Source of the DNA: Malacoraja senta
Taxonomy: Eukaryota
NCBI GenBank assembly: GCA_038087875.1
Contig: CM075996.1
Span: 4,528,001 to 4,592,000, forward strand
Direction of reading: 5' to 3'
DNA length: 64,000 nt
A model generated the notes under the pieces. The model worked only from the letters and a program-made list of their open reading frames with translations, was not told the DNA's origin and did no database searches. Below are positions 1 to 12,240 of this stretch, piece after piece (position 1 is the stretch's first letter; every line of letters begins with the position of its first letter). The position numbers were made by a program, and so were the translations under genes.

Positions 1-1686
1 GAATTTGAAACAGACTTGATTTTTCTTTGCTTTACTGGGAACTTGTTTATTCCAGCAGCCCTTTAATTTAAACCAAAGTGATGATGATACTGTGTACTTG
101 CAAACCTCCAATGCAAACTCTGGATCATTGTTGGGCATTCATGAGGAAGTGACTGACTCTCAGATAGATAATGAACTTGTGCTGGCATCTTGTGAAATGT
201 CTTGTTTTTCATGGCGGGTTTTGGAATGTAATCTGCAGAGCGTGGGGCTTTATGCATCTGGACAGCTGTCAAAATCAAAGCTGCATGTCAATCCTTCTGG
301 AGGTCATTTTAGATTTCAGAGCCACTACTACAACACGTGATAAATGTATGTGTATAAACTTCTGCTTTGAGATTAACGTACTGAAGATATGAGGATTGTA
401 CACTTGTCCCTGGAAACTACTATCCATTGAGCCTCCTCCACCAAGGCAAAACATACCGTTAACGTATTTTTTCAAGGCATATAATGTCCAGAATAACTTA
501 CAATATTGCTATGCTCAAGAAATGTTAGAATTGAGGGATAGCAGATAAGGACATTTTTGGGGTTAGTTTTACTTTCCTGTCTTATTATTTGTTTGTATTT
601 GTCAGATCAAGGGACTCTCTCCTCCAGGTCCGATGTGGTCTGAGTTGAAGTCTCAGTCCAATTTCAATGGCCATGGATGCACAATATAAAAGTCTACAGA
701 TTTGAAACTGTATTCAGCGTGAAAAGTCCACAGCTTTTAGTGGTATTTCTGCCTTTAAGGTTTGATGATAACGGTGTGTCCAAGTAGAAGAGGAGCATTG
801 CACTTTAACCATTCCATTTCTAACCACAGCTCTGATTATGGGTGACAAAGTTTGTATCCCTACCTAAGTGCACATTCTCAGTTCTTTATGTTGATGCATG
901 TCCACGACTGGTTATGTGTGATGCACACCTGGCCATTTGGTCCAACCGAGACCATATGTTGCACATTTCCTTGTGGGTGCCTGCTGTATGGTCCAACAAT
1001 CTTTGTGCAAGCGACTGGTTTTGCTCGGTGTGACTGCGTTTGAGGATTCCTAAGTGAGCAATTGCTCAAAAACCCATTCTTCAGGTGAGTTTCAGTCCTA
1101 TGTGATGATGAGTGGCGCCAGCAATGGTAAGATGGGGGAGCCTCAGTATAGCAGCTTTTGGCCTTGGATCTATTTGCCTGAGATGGTAGGTGTGACTTCT
1201 GTAAAGATGGCCATCTAGTGGTGGAAAGAGAAGGTGGTGTATGAGTAACCATGTTAAGTATGGTTAACTGAATTCTTCCTACATCCAGAGAAAAATTGTC
1301 TTAAAACTTAGACGATCTCATTATCACCTTCTCTTCCCAGCCGGCCCTTTTCTCCAATTGATTTTCTTTTAATTTAATATTTATTTTAGAATATTATGGT
1401 CAATCTGGTGCATATGTTTCTGTTCAGTGAAATCAATTGTAATTTATTTTGGAAAGCAAGATAGAAAATTCTTGGGAACCCACCAGCTTTACAAGGGGTT
1501 CTTTAGCCATGGTTAAAAATGGCCATTTCTAAATTATTTGATGGAAGATGCAATTGAACCAGATGCAGCATAAACTAATTTCAATGAATTTTGTATCTTG
1601 CTTACATGTGGATTTTGTTTTTTTATTTAATTTTCAATAATTTAGCTTGGTTTAACTTCCTCGTGCCCTTCCCCTTTGTGTAACAG

Positions 1687-3824
1687 ATTCCAGTCACTCA
1701 GGCCAATCTAATGGATGACATTGAACAGTGGCTGTCCACAGATGTGGTGAGATATTTGGGTTTTGTTCTGCACTTTTCACTCAATGGAATTTAAATTTAC
1801 AGGTTCTGTAACAAGCATTGGTGCGTGGGAATTGTTGAGAGGAGAAAAGAGTGTTTGGACTGAACAATATTTCCCACCATGACTAGAGATTCTTGTCATC
1901 TGCATCTTCCCCATCTCTTCACTTCTCCGGGCATGTACATTGATGAGACTTGTTGGAGTCATGTTCTCATGTTATAGCTCGGGTACGGATCTGGGTGTTG
2001 ATTCAATGTTCGTCCCAAACAGCCTAATGATTGCTGTCCACCGTGCAGCCTAGTAAGGTCCTGGTCTGTGTTTGAATTGATTGCTCTTCCCGCAGCCAAA
2101 ATATTTGGCACGACTATCGGTGCAAATGCCCTGCTTCCTCTCCATGTCATATGCTGCAGGGCAAGATTTCTAGTAGTCTTGCACGTACAGAATCAACATA
2201 GGGTACACCAGTGCCATACATAGGAACGTGAAGTTCACTTATGTCAAAGTAGGATATACATTGACAAATTGGTTTTAACCACAATTGAGATCAGTACTTT
2301 TTCAGATTTAAAATGAGAAAAGTCAGGTGCCTTTATCCAGTATCGAAGAAGGATGTGTTGTGTTTTTTGCCCATTGTTTGCCCTTAAACATGGTGGAGTT
2401 GACTGCTAATCCCCTGAACCTGGTCGCCATTGAAATGTGGGGAGATCTAATCTTTGCAAAGTTCTTGAAGCGCAAGCAAAGGGAATTCTTGGAAAATGCA
2501 GAAGTGATTGTAAAAATCCTATTGATAGTGAAACCCTTACAAACAGACATTCGCCAAACAGTGAATAAAACTTGAAAGAGGCGAATCACCTGCCGGTGAA
2601 ACAAAAGGGGTTTTGGAAACTGGACACTCGGATTGTAGACGACAGACTCTTCAATGCAGCAAGTTTCCATGGGGCATAGAGATCGGTGTGTGGCACCAGC
2701 AGGTTTTGGGAGAGAAATGCATTGCGCCCCACTGCAAACTCTTCATCCTACCTCATGGAACAAGAGCTGGCACTGCCTAGGACTGAATGCAAGCGTGGCT
2801 CTGCTCCAGGGATAGGAGGATTTTCTCCCAGTTGTGGACACTGATAAAGACTCAACAAACGACATACAGTGTCCAAGCCCATAACCCGCTAGAAGCAGGA
2901 AACATGTTCCCGGGGGTGTCCAGAACCAGGGCCCACAGTTTAAGAATAAGGAGTAAGCCATTTAGAACGGAGACGAGGAAACACTTTTTCTCACAGAGAG
3001 TGATGAGTCTGTGGAATTCTCTGCCTCAGAGGGCGGTGGAGGCAGGTTCTCTGGATGCTTTCAAGCGAGAGCTAGATAGGGCTCTTAAAAATAGCGGAGT
3101 CTGGATATGAGGAGAAAGCAGGAATGGGGTACTGATTGGGGATGATCAGCCATGATCACATTGAATGGCAGTGCTGGCTCAAAGGGCCAAATGGCCTACT
3201 CCTGCACCTATTGTCTCTTGTCTATTCCACAAAACCAATTGTTGCCACACACAAGCCTCCATCAGGGACAAGTAGTGAAGAGAGAAGAGGCTGTACTTTC
3301 TTATAAATGGATTATCCAGAACATCTGGGATCTTCACACTCCCAGACACTGCCCTGAGCTTCTGATGGTGAAGCTGCTTTTATGATTTATCATTTGAGGT
3401 TTGGTAGCAGATGGCTGTTTCAAGTTTCTGTTCCTCCAATGTGTTTATAAGATGTTGGACATGCTGAGTCCCAGCCAATATTCAGTCTTCAGGCAAATAC
3501 CGTGCTCTACAGAAAACGATCTTTGTTCCTGCATGTAATCCGATCTGTTTCTTTTCCTTCTACCAAATGTTCTCTGTCCATTCTAAGAGTTGCTATTGGC
3601 ACTCCCAATGTACGAACGCCACTTGTCAAGGTATTTTTCTTGTGTGCACTGTGATTGCCCTAATCTGGTAAGTAAAAGTGAGAAATGTTATTAATTACTG
3701 AAACTGCATTCTGATGTGTTGAAAACGAGACATGAATAAGGGAACCGATAGCTGTGTCAGTCTGGCTGGCGGTGGCAGAGCGAGGAGTGCTGTGTGTGTC
3801 AGTGATCAGGGGAGGGCCAAGTAG

Positions 3825-3890
<66 letters not shown>

Positions 3891-6551
3891 GAGAGGAGAG
3901 AGGGAGGGAGGAAGGGATGGAACCTGGGTGCATGGGTGATGAGAGGGGGGGTGGTTGATAGTGTGAGTGGAAGGGAGCTGAGGATTGGATGGCGATGGCA
4001 GAAGGAACCAATTTCTGGCTGTGTGTCAAGAGGAGATGAGCCCTGGCTGGATTGGTGGTTATGGTGGGGAGATGGGAACTGAGTATCCCAGAATGTCAGA
4101 AGTGGTGTGGTAGTGAAGGAAAATCAGCATTGTTATTTCAAAATTTCTTCTTGGATTGGGTATTTTTACAAAGACTATTGGAAAAATAAGGTCATACGAA
4201 AAGAGCAAAGGAGGGGGACTAACTAGATAGTTTTTAAAAGCAACAAATTATCACCGTTGTGCTCTGTAATACAATACCTAGTGTTTGGCTCACTGGCATA
4301 CAGTTGTTTCCATTACCCAAGGTGTGACTTCAGTTTGTGCAACTGATTACACTGCAAGGACACCAGGATTGTGTATTTTCAATTATTGTGTTAGTGCTTA
4401 GTCCTTCGGTCAGACTTTCTCCAACGCTATAACAACGAGGCTTTAACCAAACAAATGCAGCTTGAAGAGGACAGTTAAGGTACGGAGGTGTGTCATTCTG
4501 AAGAAGGGTCTTGACTCGAAACGTCACCCATTCCTGCTCTCCAGAGATGCTGCCTGTCTCGCTGAGTTACTCCAGCTTTTTGTGTCTATCTTCGATTTAA
4601 ACCAGCATCTGCAGTTCCTTCTTACACATGTGTCATTCCTTTATCAGACACACAATGAGGTTTTGTTTTAAGGAAGATTATAAATGATGCCTGTTCTTGT
4701 GTTGAGGTATTGTTAAGCTTCAATATGCGATGTTCCGAGGAAGGAGGCCTTTGGTATCTGGTAGGATTGGATGAGTCACCGACTGTTAGCCTGCTTTGAA
4801 ACAGTGGCCAGAATTTTTTGTTTACTGAAGTTTGGTACATTTGGAGAAAAGGATTTACTTTGCACTCGATTCTGATCAAGACACAGGATTTGAATCAACA
4901 ATACTATGTTTTGCCACTGGATCCTCCCTGTGTTAAAGCACCATTGGATCAATGAAAATTGCGTCGGGGTGGGTTTAATTTTTAGTATTGATCAGTATTT
5001 GAATCGAGCCATTTAGGAGTGAATTCAAATTTTAATACTGGATTCTGTAAAGACATTCGTTAGAGGTGACAATAGCTATAAAAGTTAAAGTAAGGTATAT
5101 TTTTATTTGGATACGTCAATGATAAAGGCTGTCAGTGAATCAAGTATATGTATTAATTCTGCTTGTTACTGCAAAGAGTTAGATGCAATTTTAGTTGAAA
5201 CCAAAAGAAGAGAATTCTAACGTCAGTACATGAGGAATGACTCAAATCCTCTCTGTAATTTTAGAAAGGTGAACTGGGCAATGATTCTGAAGGAGTAACA
5301 AGCGAAGGTAATATTTTTTTTTCTGCTCCCATTTCCCCATTTTGTCTTTAGCAATTACATCAGTTTATCTGGATGAGTAGTTTTATATAGTGTACCTTTT
5401 ATATTTCTTCATGTATAATATTCATTTCTAAGTATTGTAAATGTCACATGAATTATTTGGTCAATTTCTGAGCCCTGTTCGTCTCAATCTCTGAGTTTGA
5501 TTCTTTGCTCTAAATTGAAAACTTAGAGATATTTATTTTTAATTTATACCAAGCTAGCGATGATCACTGATCAACCCTGTCAGCTTTTATTCAGCATAGT
5601 ATTAGAATTCTCATGAAATTATTCTTTCCCCCACATTTGTCACATATCTCATCCAGTGGTCTCCAATGAACTGTGAATAAAGTACATTATCCTTAAATTC
5701 TCTCGTTAGTTATGATCCTCTCTCAGATAAACCCTCATCAAAATTGAAACACTCTTTGTTTTTTTTTAAATATGCTTGAATGATGTTCACCTGAGTTCAG
5801 AGTAGCAGTGCAGACAAATTTGTGGTTCGCTTTTCCTGCTGTCTTTGTAAACATATTGAGCTGTCACAACTCTTGCGAGTAATCAGGTTTGCGCACCATT
5901 TCCCCCACCTTGGTCACAATGTCAAACCACCTCTGTTTTCTAGATAGAATATGGGAGAACCTTATCATTATGTCCAAACTCTCCACAAGAAGAAATATTA
6001 AATTCCAAAATCCCTTGAATGATTTTTCATCTTCAATTTCCCTCTGGAAAATATAATTCACTTTCAATCCCTCCTTTCCTTTCAAATCAGTCATCCTGAC
6101 TTTCAAAACAACATGTTAATTTTTAGGTTATTTGTTCTTGCAATCTCTCTATCCTTCGTGATTTTTTTTGTGCGGTTTCCTCTTTATATGATTTGTCTGA
6201 TTTTGCTTGAATTTATTTTTGCAATTTGTTTTGATTTTTTAATTATTATTGAAACTGACTGAAACTAGGCTCTATATTGAAAATTGCAACAAAAAGAATC
6301 ATTTTCCTTCCCCAAAAACTGGTCTAGTTCTCAATTGAAGGAATGATCTTAAAGAAACATGTTTTGCGCAAATGACAATTTTTCTAAATATTATATTTCT
6401 TCTAGAATTTGATAAGTTCCTGGAGGAGCGAGCGAAAGCAGCGGAGCATCTGCCGACTTTACCCTCACCACCTACAGAGGTCCCTGGCTCTGTTAGTTCG
6501 TCCAAAAAGAAGAAGCAGGAAAAGACAGAAGATGCCTTCTTTGCCCTGTGA
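1687..6551 (+). CDS. TOM1: Target of Myb1 (TOM1), last three coding exons: 1687-1746, 5265-5307, 6406-6551 (5' part upstream of window)
   Basis: AG/GT-bounded exons splice in phase (0,1) to [82 protein letters not shown]. This matches the TOM1/TOM1L2 C-terminus ([18 protein letters not shown], terminal FAL). [15 protein letters not shown] is TOM1-type rather than TOM1L2-type. Confidence 0.88.
2890..3225 (+). mobile_element. CR1/HER1-type LINE 3' fragment
   Basis: Encodes [53 protein letters not shown], the typical CR1 ORF2 C-terminus, plus 3' UTR; near-identical copy at 42578-42890. Confidence 0.85.
3828..3885. repeat. (GA)n microsatellite
   Basis: Pure GA dinucleotide run. Confidence 0.97.
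4498..4628 (+). mobile_element. Short Penelope-derived unit beginning at a hammerhead-like core, 10-bp flanking duplication
   Basis: CTGAAGA..GAAACGTC core followed by the family body; TGTGTCATTC at 4489-4498 and 4629-4638. Confidence 0.7.
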
Positions 6552-7712
6552 AAATGGACCCTGCCTCCTGCCTATCACTATGTATGAAGGATTGTATCAG
6601 GAAAGTCCTGAGCTGTCTCTCTGCTAGAAATCCATTTCTTGCTTCTGAATAGGGGATGGTACGAAATAAAACAAAAAAAGTACACACTTCCCAAGGGGAA
6701 GTTTCAGTTTGAAGGTGGACCCTATTTAAAAAAAGAAATATCTTGAATGCTCAAAGCTCCTACAATGGGGATAAAGATTAATGGGTATCCCTTTGCTGAA
6801 GTTATAGAGGTCATTCAATTATATATTGATGTCAGGAGCAGTGAGTTTATAGCTCATCTTCAAACTGTTTGGAAGATAATTTAAACTACAGTTTTGAGAG
6901 TATACCATTTTATGTATTCCTTCTTCTAAATCTATGTGCAGTATATTTATCTTGTTAGCTAAACTTAGAAATGGACTCTAAATTGTAACCTGTTATACTT
7001 TAAAAGCTTCGGTAGTGCTGGTGTGCCATGGATTCGTTGGCGTATTGGGTAAAAGGTGCCGGCTCCAAGTTATGCAGTCAGTTACATGTCCACTCTTAAG
7101 TCTGATTTATGGGATCTCAAAGTTTGAATTTCAAAATTTGCTATTAAGTGAGCAGCTGTATTGGCAGCATTCTTTACACCTTCATTGTGTTACCTATGCA
7201 GTAGGACGCCCTTCTCCCCCTGCATCCTGAAAGCTTTTGGAACTGGCTGCATCAATGGATCAGTGCAGCTCTGAAAGCTTTGGAAGCTGAAGGGCTGCCA
7301 GCTCTCCTTGGTTGTCTCAGAGCCGCTTGGAATTCACACTCTTTCACCCCAGGGCACGACTGTAAGGAAATTAAAGAGAAAATCATGGCAGTACTAAGGC
7401 ACAATCAAATTTTATCATTTTCTTTGAATGTTTATTAGTTGGAAAAAATGGAACATGGGACTGACCCTGTTCTTCTTTGATTTGACTGAGAAGGCAGCGT
7501 GCCCTGAAGGTGAGCCAAAAGGAGCAAGGGGTCAGGTGGTTTACTCTGGGAGGTTGTGATAAATCCTCCCAGGAGCACAACACATCAGGGTTGGCAACCC
7601 AGGAACAATGGTACTATTATTCAATGAACTTGACCAATTATTTTTGGGTGGTGGTAGCGTGGGAGGGTGGGTCGGGGAGAGAATGTATATTAACAAAAAT
7701 AATTTAATGCAG

Positions 7713-7718
7713 AATAAA
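7713..7718 (+). terminator. Candidate polyadenylation signal of TOM1 (another AATAAA at 6665-6670)
   Basis: AATAAA about 1.2 kb downstream of the stop codon, before repeat-rich sequence starts at about 7900; usage not demonstrable from sequence. Confidence 0.4.
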
Positions 7719-8299
7719 TATGTCTCTCAATGTTGAAACACACTAATATCTAGACTTTTGTGTCTCTTACTGAAACTTATCAGCCCTCAGCAGAGGTATC
7801 AAAATATAAACCTGAGCATGTATATTCCTGGGCACTCAAATTACATGAAATGGCATTTCACTTCCTCCTCTCTTCTGCATGAATCATCTATTTCATTTAT
7901 AATCTGTATTATTCACTTCTGCTCCACTGTGCTGATATGTTGCTTTTACCAGCATCTGCAGTTCTTTCTTACTACATTTAGACACATTCTGTTGTTTTAT
8001 TTCACAACAAGTGTGTTTGCTTTCAAACATCCCTTTGTTGGTTGAAGATATTGCAAAGGAATCCTGCACAGCAGGATCTGGCCCAATTATAGACACAAAA
8101 AGCTGGAGTAACCAGCCTGGATCTAATTGAATGCATCAGACAGCATCTCAGCAGAAAAGGAATAGGTGACGTTTTGGGTTGAGACCCTTCTTCAGTCTTA
8201 AACCAGTTCCTTCCTACACATCTGCTCCAATGAATCTTTGACACAAAGCTAAGAGGTAGTGGTTAGTGCGTATTCCCTGCCTTCCTTTATGAAACAACT

Positions 8300-9080
8300 T
8301 TTTTTTCTTTAAAAAAAAAAAAAAAATTATTAGAAGTATTTTACATTACAGTAATCTGCAATAACGTAAATTTATACAGTTCTTGTACCACTTCTGTTTT
8401 TCAACTTTAATAGAAAGAAAGGATAGAAAGAGCTAGCAAAGACAGTCAGTGAGTGAATGAAAAAGTGGTCCAGGAACACAAGTGAACCTAAACCACAAGA
8501 AGTAGTTAAAGAAGAAAAGAAAAAAAGAGAAAAAAGAAAATAAGATAGGACAATGTGAAAGGGATGCACCTACTTCTTATCTTTACTCACCCCTCGCCAG
8601 GTCCTAAAACCATTTATTATCAACATTTTGTTGCACCCTATGTTTGTAATAAGTCGATATATGGAGACCAAATCTTTTGGAATTGGTCTTGTTTACCTGC
8701 TAGGAGGAATCTCATATCTTCTAGATGTAACAATTCCGACATATTAGAAGTCCACATTTTTATTGTTGGCGTAGGAGCATTTTTCCAAAATTTCAGTATC
8801 AGTTTTTTTGCCGTTATTAAGCCATAACTAAGAAAACTCCTTTAAAACGCAGTCAGCTCCAAACTTGCTTCTATTGTTCCAAAAATAATCAATTCTGCAT
8901 TCGGTTTCAGTTTTATTTTAAATAATTTATTTCCAAAATTTTTGAATTTTTATACAGAAAACAAAAGAATGTGCTATAGTTGATTCTTGGACTAGGCATT
9001 TATCACAGTTAGCAGAGTATTTGGGTAAAATTTATTTAAATTAGCTTTGGAATAATATAATCTATGTAAAATTTTAAATT
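8300..9080 (-). mobile_element. L1/Tx1-clade LINE 3' fragment (degenerate ORF2 C-terminus)
   Basis: Minus strand translates to ...ITAKKLILKFWKNAPTPTIKMWTSNMSELLHLEDMRFLLAGKQDQFQKIWSPY, resembling L1-clade ORF2 ends; A/T-rich tail near 8300-8330. Confidence 0.55.
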
Positions 9081-10986
9081 GAATCAGAGTATGTCTTACG
9101 TTAATCGATTTATGAAACAACTTGGTTATGAGGAGATAATGTTAGACTTCAAGCAAAAAAATCTTTTTCGTTTTGCTGGAACTTCCAACAGAATTTGTAC
9201 TTGCGATATACCCTTTGGCTGGGCCAACTTAATGAATGCATTTTCATGGCATGCTGGATTCCAGCGCCGTGCAAATGTGAAAGATAAAGCTTGGAAATAA
9301 GTCAGCCACCACATGAAGAGAGGAACAAAAGGAACGACTAGAGGACAAGTACTAGCAGTGGGGCACAAGGTGGGGGGGGGGGGGGGCAGATTGTTGCAAG
9401 AAATTCCATATCCTGTTTCAGGTAGGAGATCTCTGCATGTGGTGTGGTGGTGTCTGCAGTTCCATCAAAATCCAAGCATTCAGTTAGATCCAGGCTAGCC
9501 TACCTCTGCCTCACCTGGCTCAATTTCACAAGAGTTATGCAACATGGAGACAGTTCTTTCTATGAATGAAATTCTTACTTGCTGATGTAGCACAACAGGT
9601 TCGTAAACACAGTACTTAATAGAAAATAGAATAAACACATAGAAATGTTCAAATTAAAAAAAACAATTTAGTACAAAGAAAACGAAGCCCAAATTTCTTA
9701 GTGCATCCCGGGCATCTCGTAGTTCAGAGTTTCGTTGGAGTTTGTAGTGTTCAATAGCCTGATGGTTGTTGGCAAGAAGCTGTTCCTGAACCTGGACATT
9801 ACAGTTTTCAAAAGTGGGGAGATCAGTATGTGTGACGGACCGGGCAGTGTTCACCACTTTTTAAAATTTCCTTCGTGCCTGGGCGTTCGAGTTGCCGAAC
9901 CAGGCCATGATGCAACCAGTCAAATTGCTCTCTACCATACACCTGATGAGGTTCAATAGAGTATTTGTTGGCATGCTGAATCTCCTCAATCTTCTAAGGA
10001 AGTAGAGGCATTAATGGGCTTCCTTTATGATTGCATCAATGTGCTGGGTCCAGGACAGATCCTCAGAGATATGCAGGCCCAGGAACTTGAAGTTGTTAGC
10101 TCCACCACTGACCCATTGATGAAGACAGGTTTGTGGCGTGGTGTTTGAATTATTTCTAATGCAGAATAGCTAGCATCTGGAAGCTTTAACTTTGTAAATG
10201 TATATTGCAATGACCGGATACAGAGGTAAGAAACTAGCAGAAAGAGTTGAAGTCATTCGTTCTCACAAAGATGAAATTAGGAGTTGCACCAGGAAGCTTG
10301 ACAGTCCTGCACACTGGCAGTTAAATCAGCAGTATTAGCTTCTTAAAAGGGAATGAAAACAGGAAAATGAAAATGCTAGAGGGAAGGGGTGGTATCTGTC
10401 ATAGATTTCCCGCTTTTATACCGAGCCATATGATCCTAATCTACCAGAAACCCCCTTTAAAAGCTGGTGACACACGATTGTCTGGATGAAAGTTAGAAAT
10501 TGTTCAAAGCAGCTGTTATGAGACAGCAGTAATGCACTGAATGTCAATCAATCACTCAAAGACTTTATTGTCATTCAAAAATACACCCACAAATGCAAGT
10601 TTGAATGAAATTTCGTTGCATCTGGCTCACCATGCAACATAAAATAACAAAAGGATAAAATCGATAATAGTGGCGGCACATTATATGGAATTCAAGAGTC
10701 TGATGGCTCGGGGGGAAGCTGTTGCAAAACCTGGCCGTTCTGCTGCGATACCTTTTGCCCGAGGGCAGCAGGGGTGAACAGTCCATGATGGAAATGTGTG
10801 GGGTCTTTTATAATGCTGTTGGCCTTGGACAATTAATGGCATCGATTAATGCCGCACTCTTAATCCACGGTAATAACCTGGATTCAGAAAGAATGCAAGT
10901 CTGTCAAAAATCTGCGCGGACTGTTAAAGTCGCATGTGCAGATTGAAACAGCTCGGCTGCATGTGGTGGCGAGGCGAGGGCTGCAG

Positions 10987-11012
10987 CAAAGATCCTATAG
11001 CGAGGATCTTTG
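10987..11012. mobile_element. 26-bp palindromic insertion with 8-bp TSD (P-element-like footprint)
   Basis: GGCTGCAG|CAAAGATCCT-ATAGCG-AGGATCTTTG|GGCTGCAG; related copy at 40705-40732. Confidence 0.75.
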
Positions 11013-11029
11013 GGCTGCAGAGCGACTCC

Positions 11030-11350
11030 TGTGCACACCGGCAGCCTGGGGTTTGAGTGACGGCTCATTGACAGCGCGGTCACTGCGCGTGCGCGTGGCG
11101 CAAAGCCCCGCCCGCCCGGAAGCGCATGCGCAGTCAGTTGTGCGCTGGGATTGGAGGTGAGCGGAGGTGCGGCGGCGGCGGTGATGGCTCCTCAGTGATT
11201 CCCGCTCCCGCTCGGTAGGCCCGACCGTTCCCATGACCGCAGCCCCTGGCTCCTCCCCGCAGTGCTCGCTGTTTCATAGCGAACAGGTGAATGGTGAGCG
11301 GCTCCTGAAGGCCCCGGGACTCGGTGCCGGTGTCGGGGATGGAGGGTGGA
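11030..11350 (+). promoter_or_regulatory. CpG-island promoter and probable non-coding first exon of CCDC134
   Basis: CpG-rich island in AT-rich surroundings; NRF1-type TGCGCGTGCGC (11084) and GCGCATGCGCA (11122-11132), ETS CCGGAAG (11116), GC box CCCCGCCC (11106); candidate donors GTGAGC (11157) and GTAGGC (11215). Confidence 0.7.
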
Positions 11351-11479
11351 AGACGGAACAGCAGATGCTGCTTTAAACCGTAGCTGGACACAAAATACTG
11401 GAGTAACTCAGCATCTGTGAGTCTGAACAGGGTCTCGCCCCGACCTGTCCCGCTGAGTTACTCCAGCATTTCGTGTCTA

Positions 11480-12240
11480 TCAGGGATGGAGGCCCTTGTC
11501 CCGACCCCTCCATGCCGACCAAACTGTCCAACCGAGCTAGTCCCACCTGCGCTTGGCCCCAAACCCCCCCCCCCAATCCTTTGCTGTCCATGTACCTGTA
11601 CAAATGTATTTTAATTGTACTCGCAGTTGTTGCCACTTCCTCTGTAGCTTGTTCCATGTACACACCACCCTCTGTGTGCAAAGCTTTCCCAGCAAGTTCC
11701 TTTTAAATCTGTCCCCTCTCACTTTAAACCTGTGCTCTCGAGTTTTAGACTCTCCTATCCTGGGGGAAAGACTGTGGTTATTCATCCTATTGATTGCCCT
11801 TATGATTCCTAAACCTCTATGAAGTTAGCCCTCCGCCCCCTTGGCTCCAGGGAAAAGATCCAGCCTCTCCATATAACTCAAACCCTCCAGTCACTTATTC
11901 CCTTTCTCTAGAGATGCTGCTTGACCTGCTGAGTTACTGCAGCATATTGGGTCTATCTTTGGTATAAACCAGCATCTGCAGTTCCTTCCTAAACAACCAT
12001 GCAGATCTTTATTCCACCCTTTCTAGTTTAATGAAAACCTTCCTTTCGCAGGGCAACCAGAACTGTACTCCAAATGTGGCTGTTCCAAGGTCTTGCACAG
12101 AGTAAGGAGTTGGGATAACATCCCAGCTCCTTACTTAATAACCTGACCAATGAAGGCAAGGGTGCCAAACGTCTTCTTCACCACCCTGTCTACCTGTGTT
12201 GCCACTTTGAAGGGAGAGCATATACCTGCTTCCCTAGGTG
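11480..12240 (-). mobile_element. Degenerate CR1-type LINE 3' fragment with a nested short Penelope-type repeat (about 11890-11990)
   Basis: Minus-strand ORF ESKTREHRFKVRGDRFKRNLLGKLCTQRVVCTWNKL is the CR1 ORF2 C-terminal motif. Confidence 0.7.

Noticed and set aside
607..1084. Possible extra TOM1 exon(s): acceptor-like TTTGTCAG at 606 and strong donor CAG|GTGAGT at 1084
   Set aside because: No phase-compatible open exon with recognisable TOM1 similarity could be built.
2327..2575. 82-aa intronic ORF (and antisense 115-aa ORF)
   Set aside because: No recognisable motif or splice context.
3493..3667. Cryptic exon ending at CTG|GTAAGT
   Set aside because: 175 nt with an in-frame stop and no homology; unsupported without transcripts.
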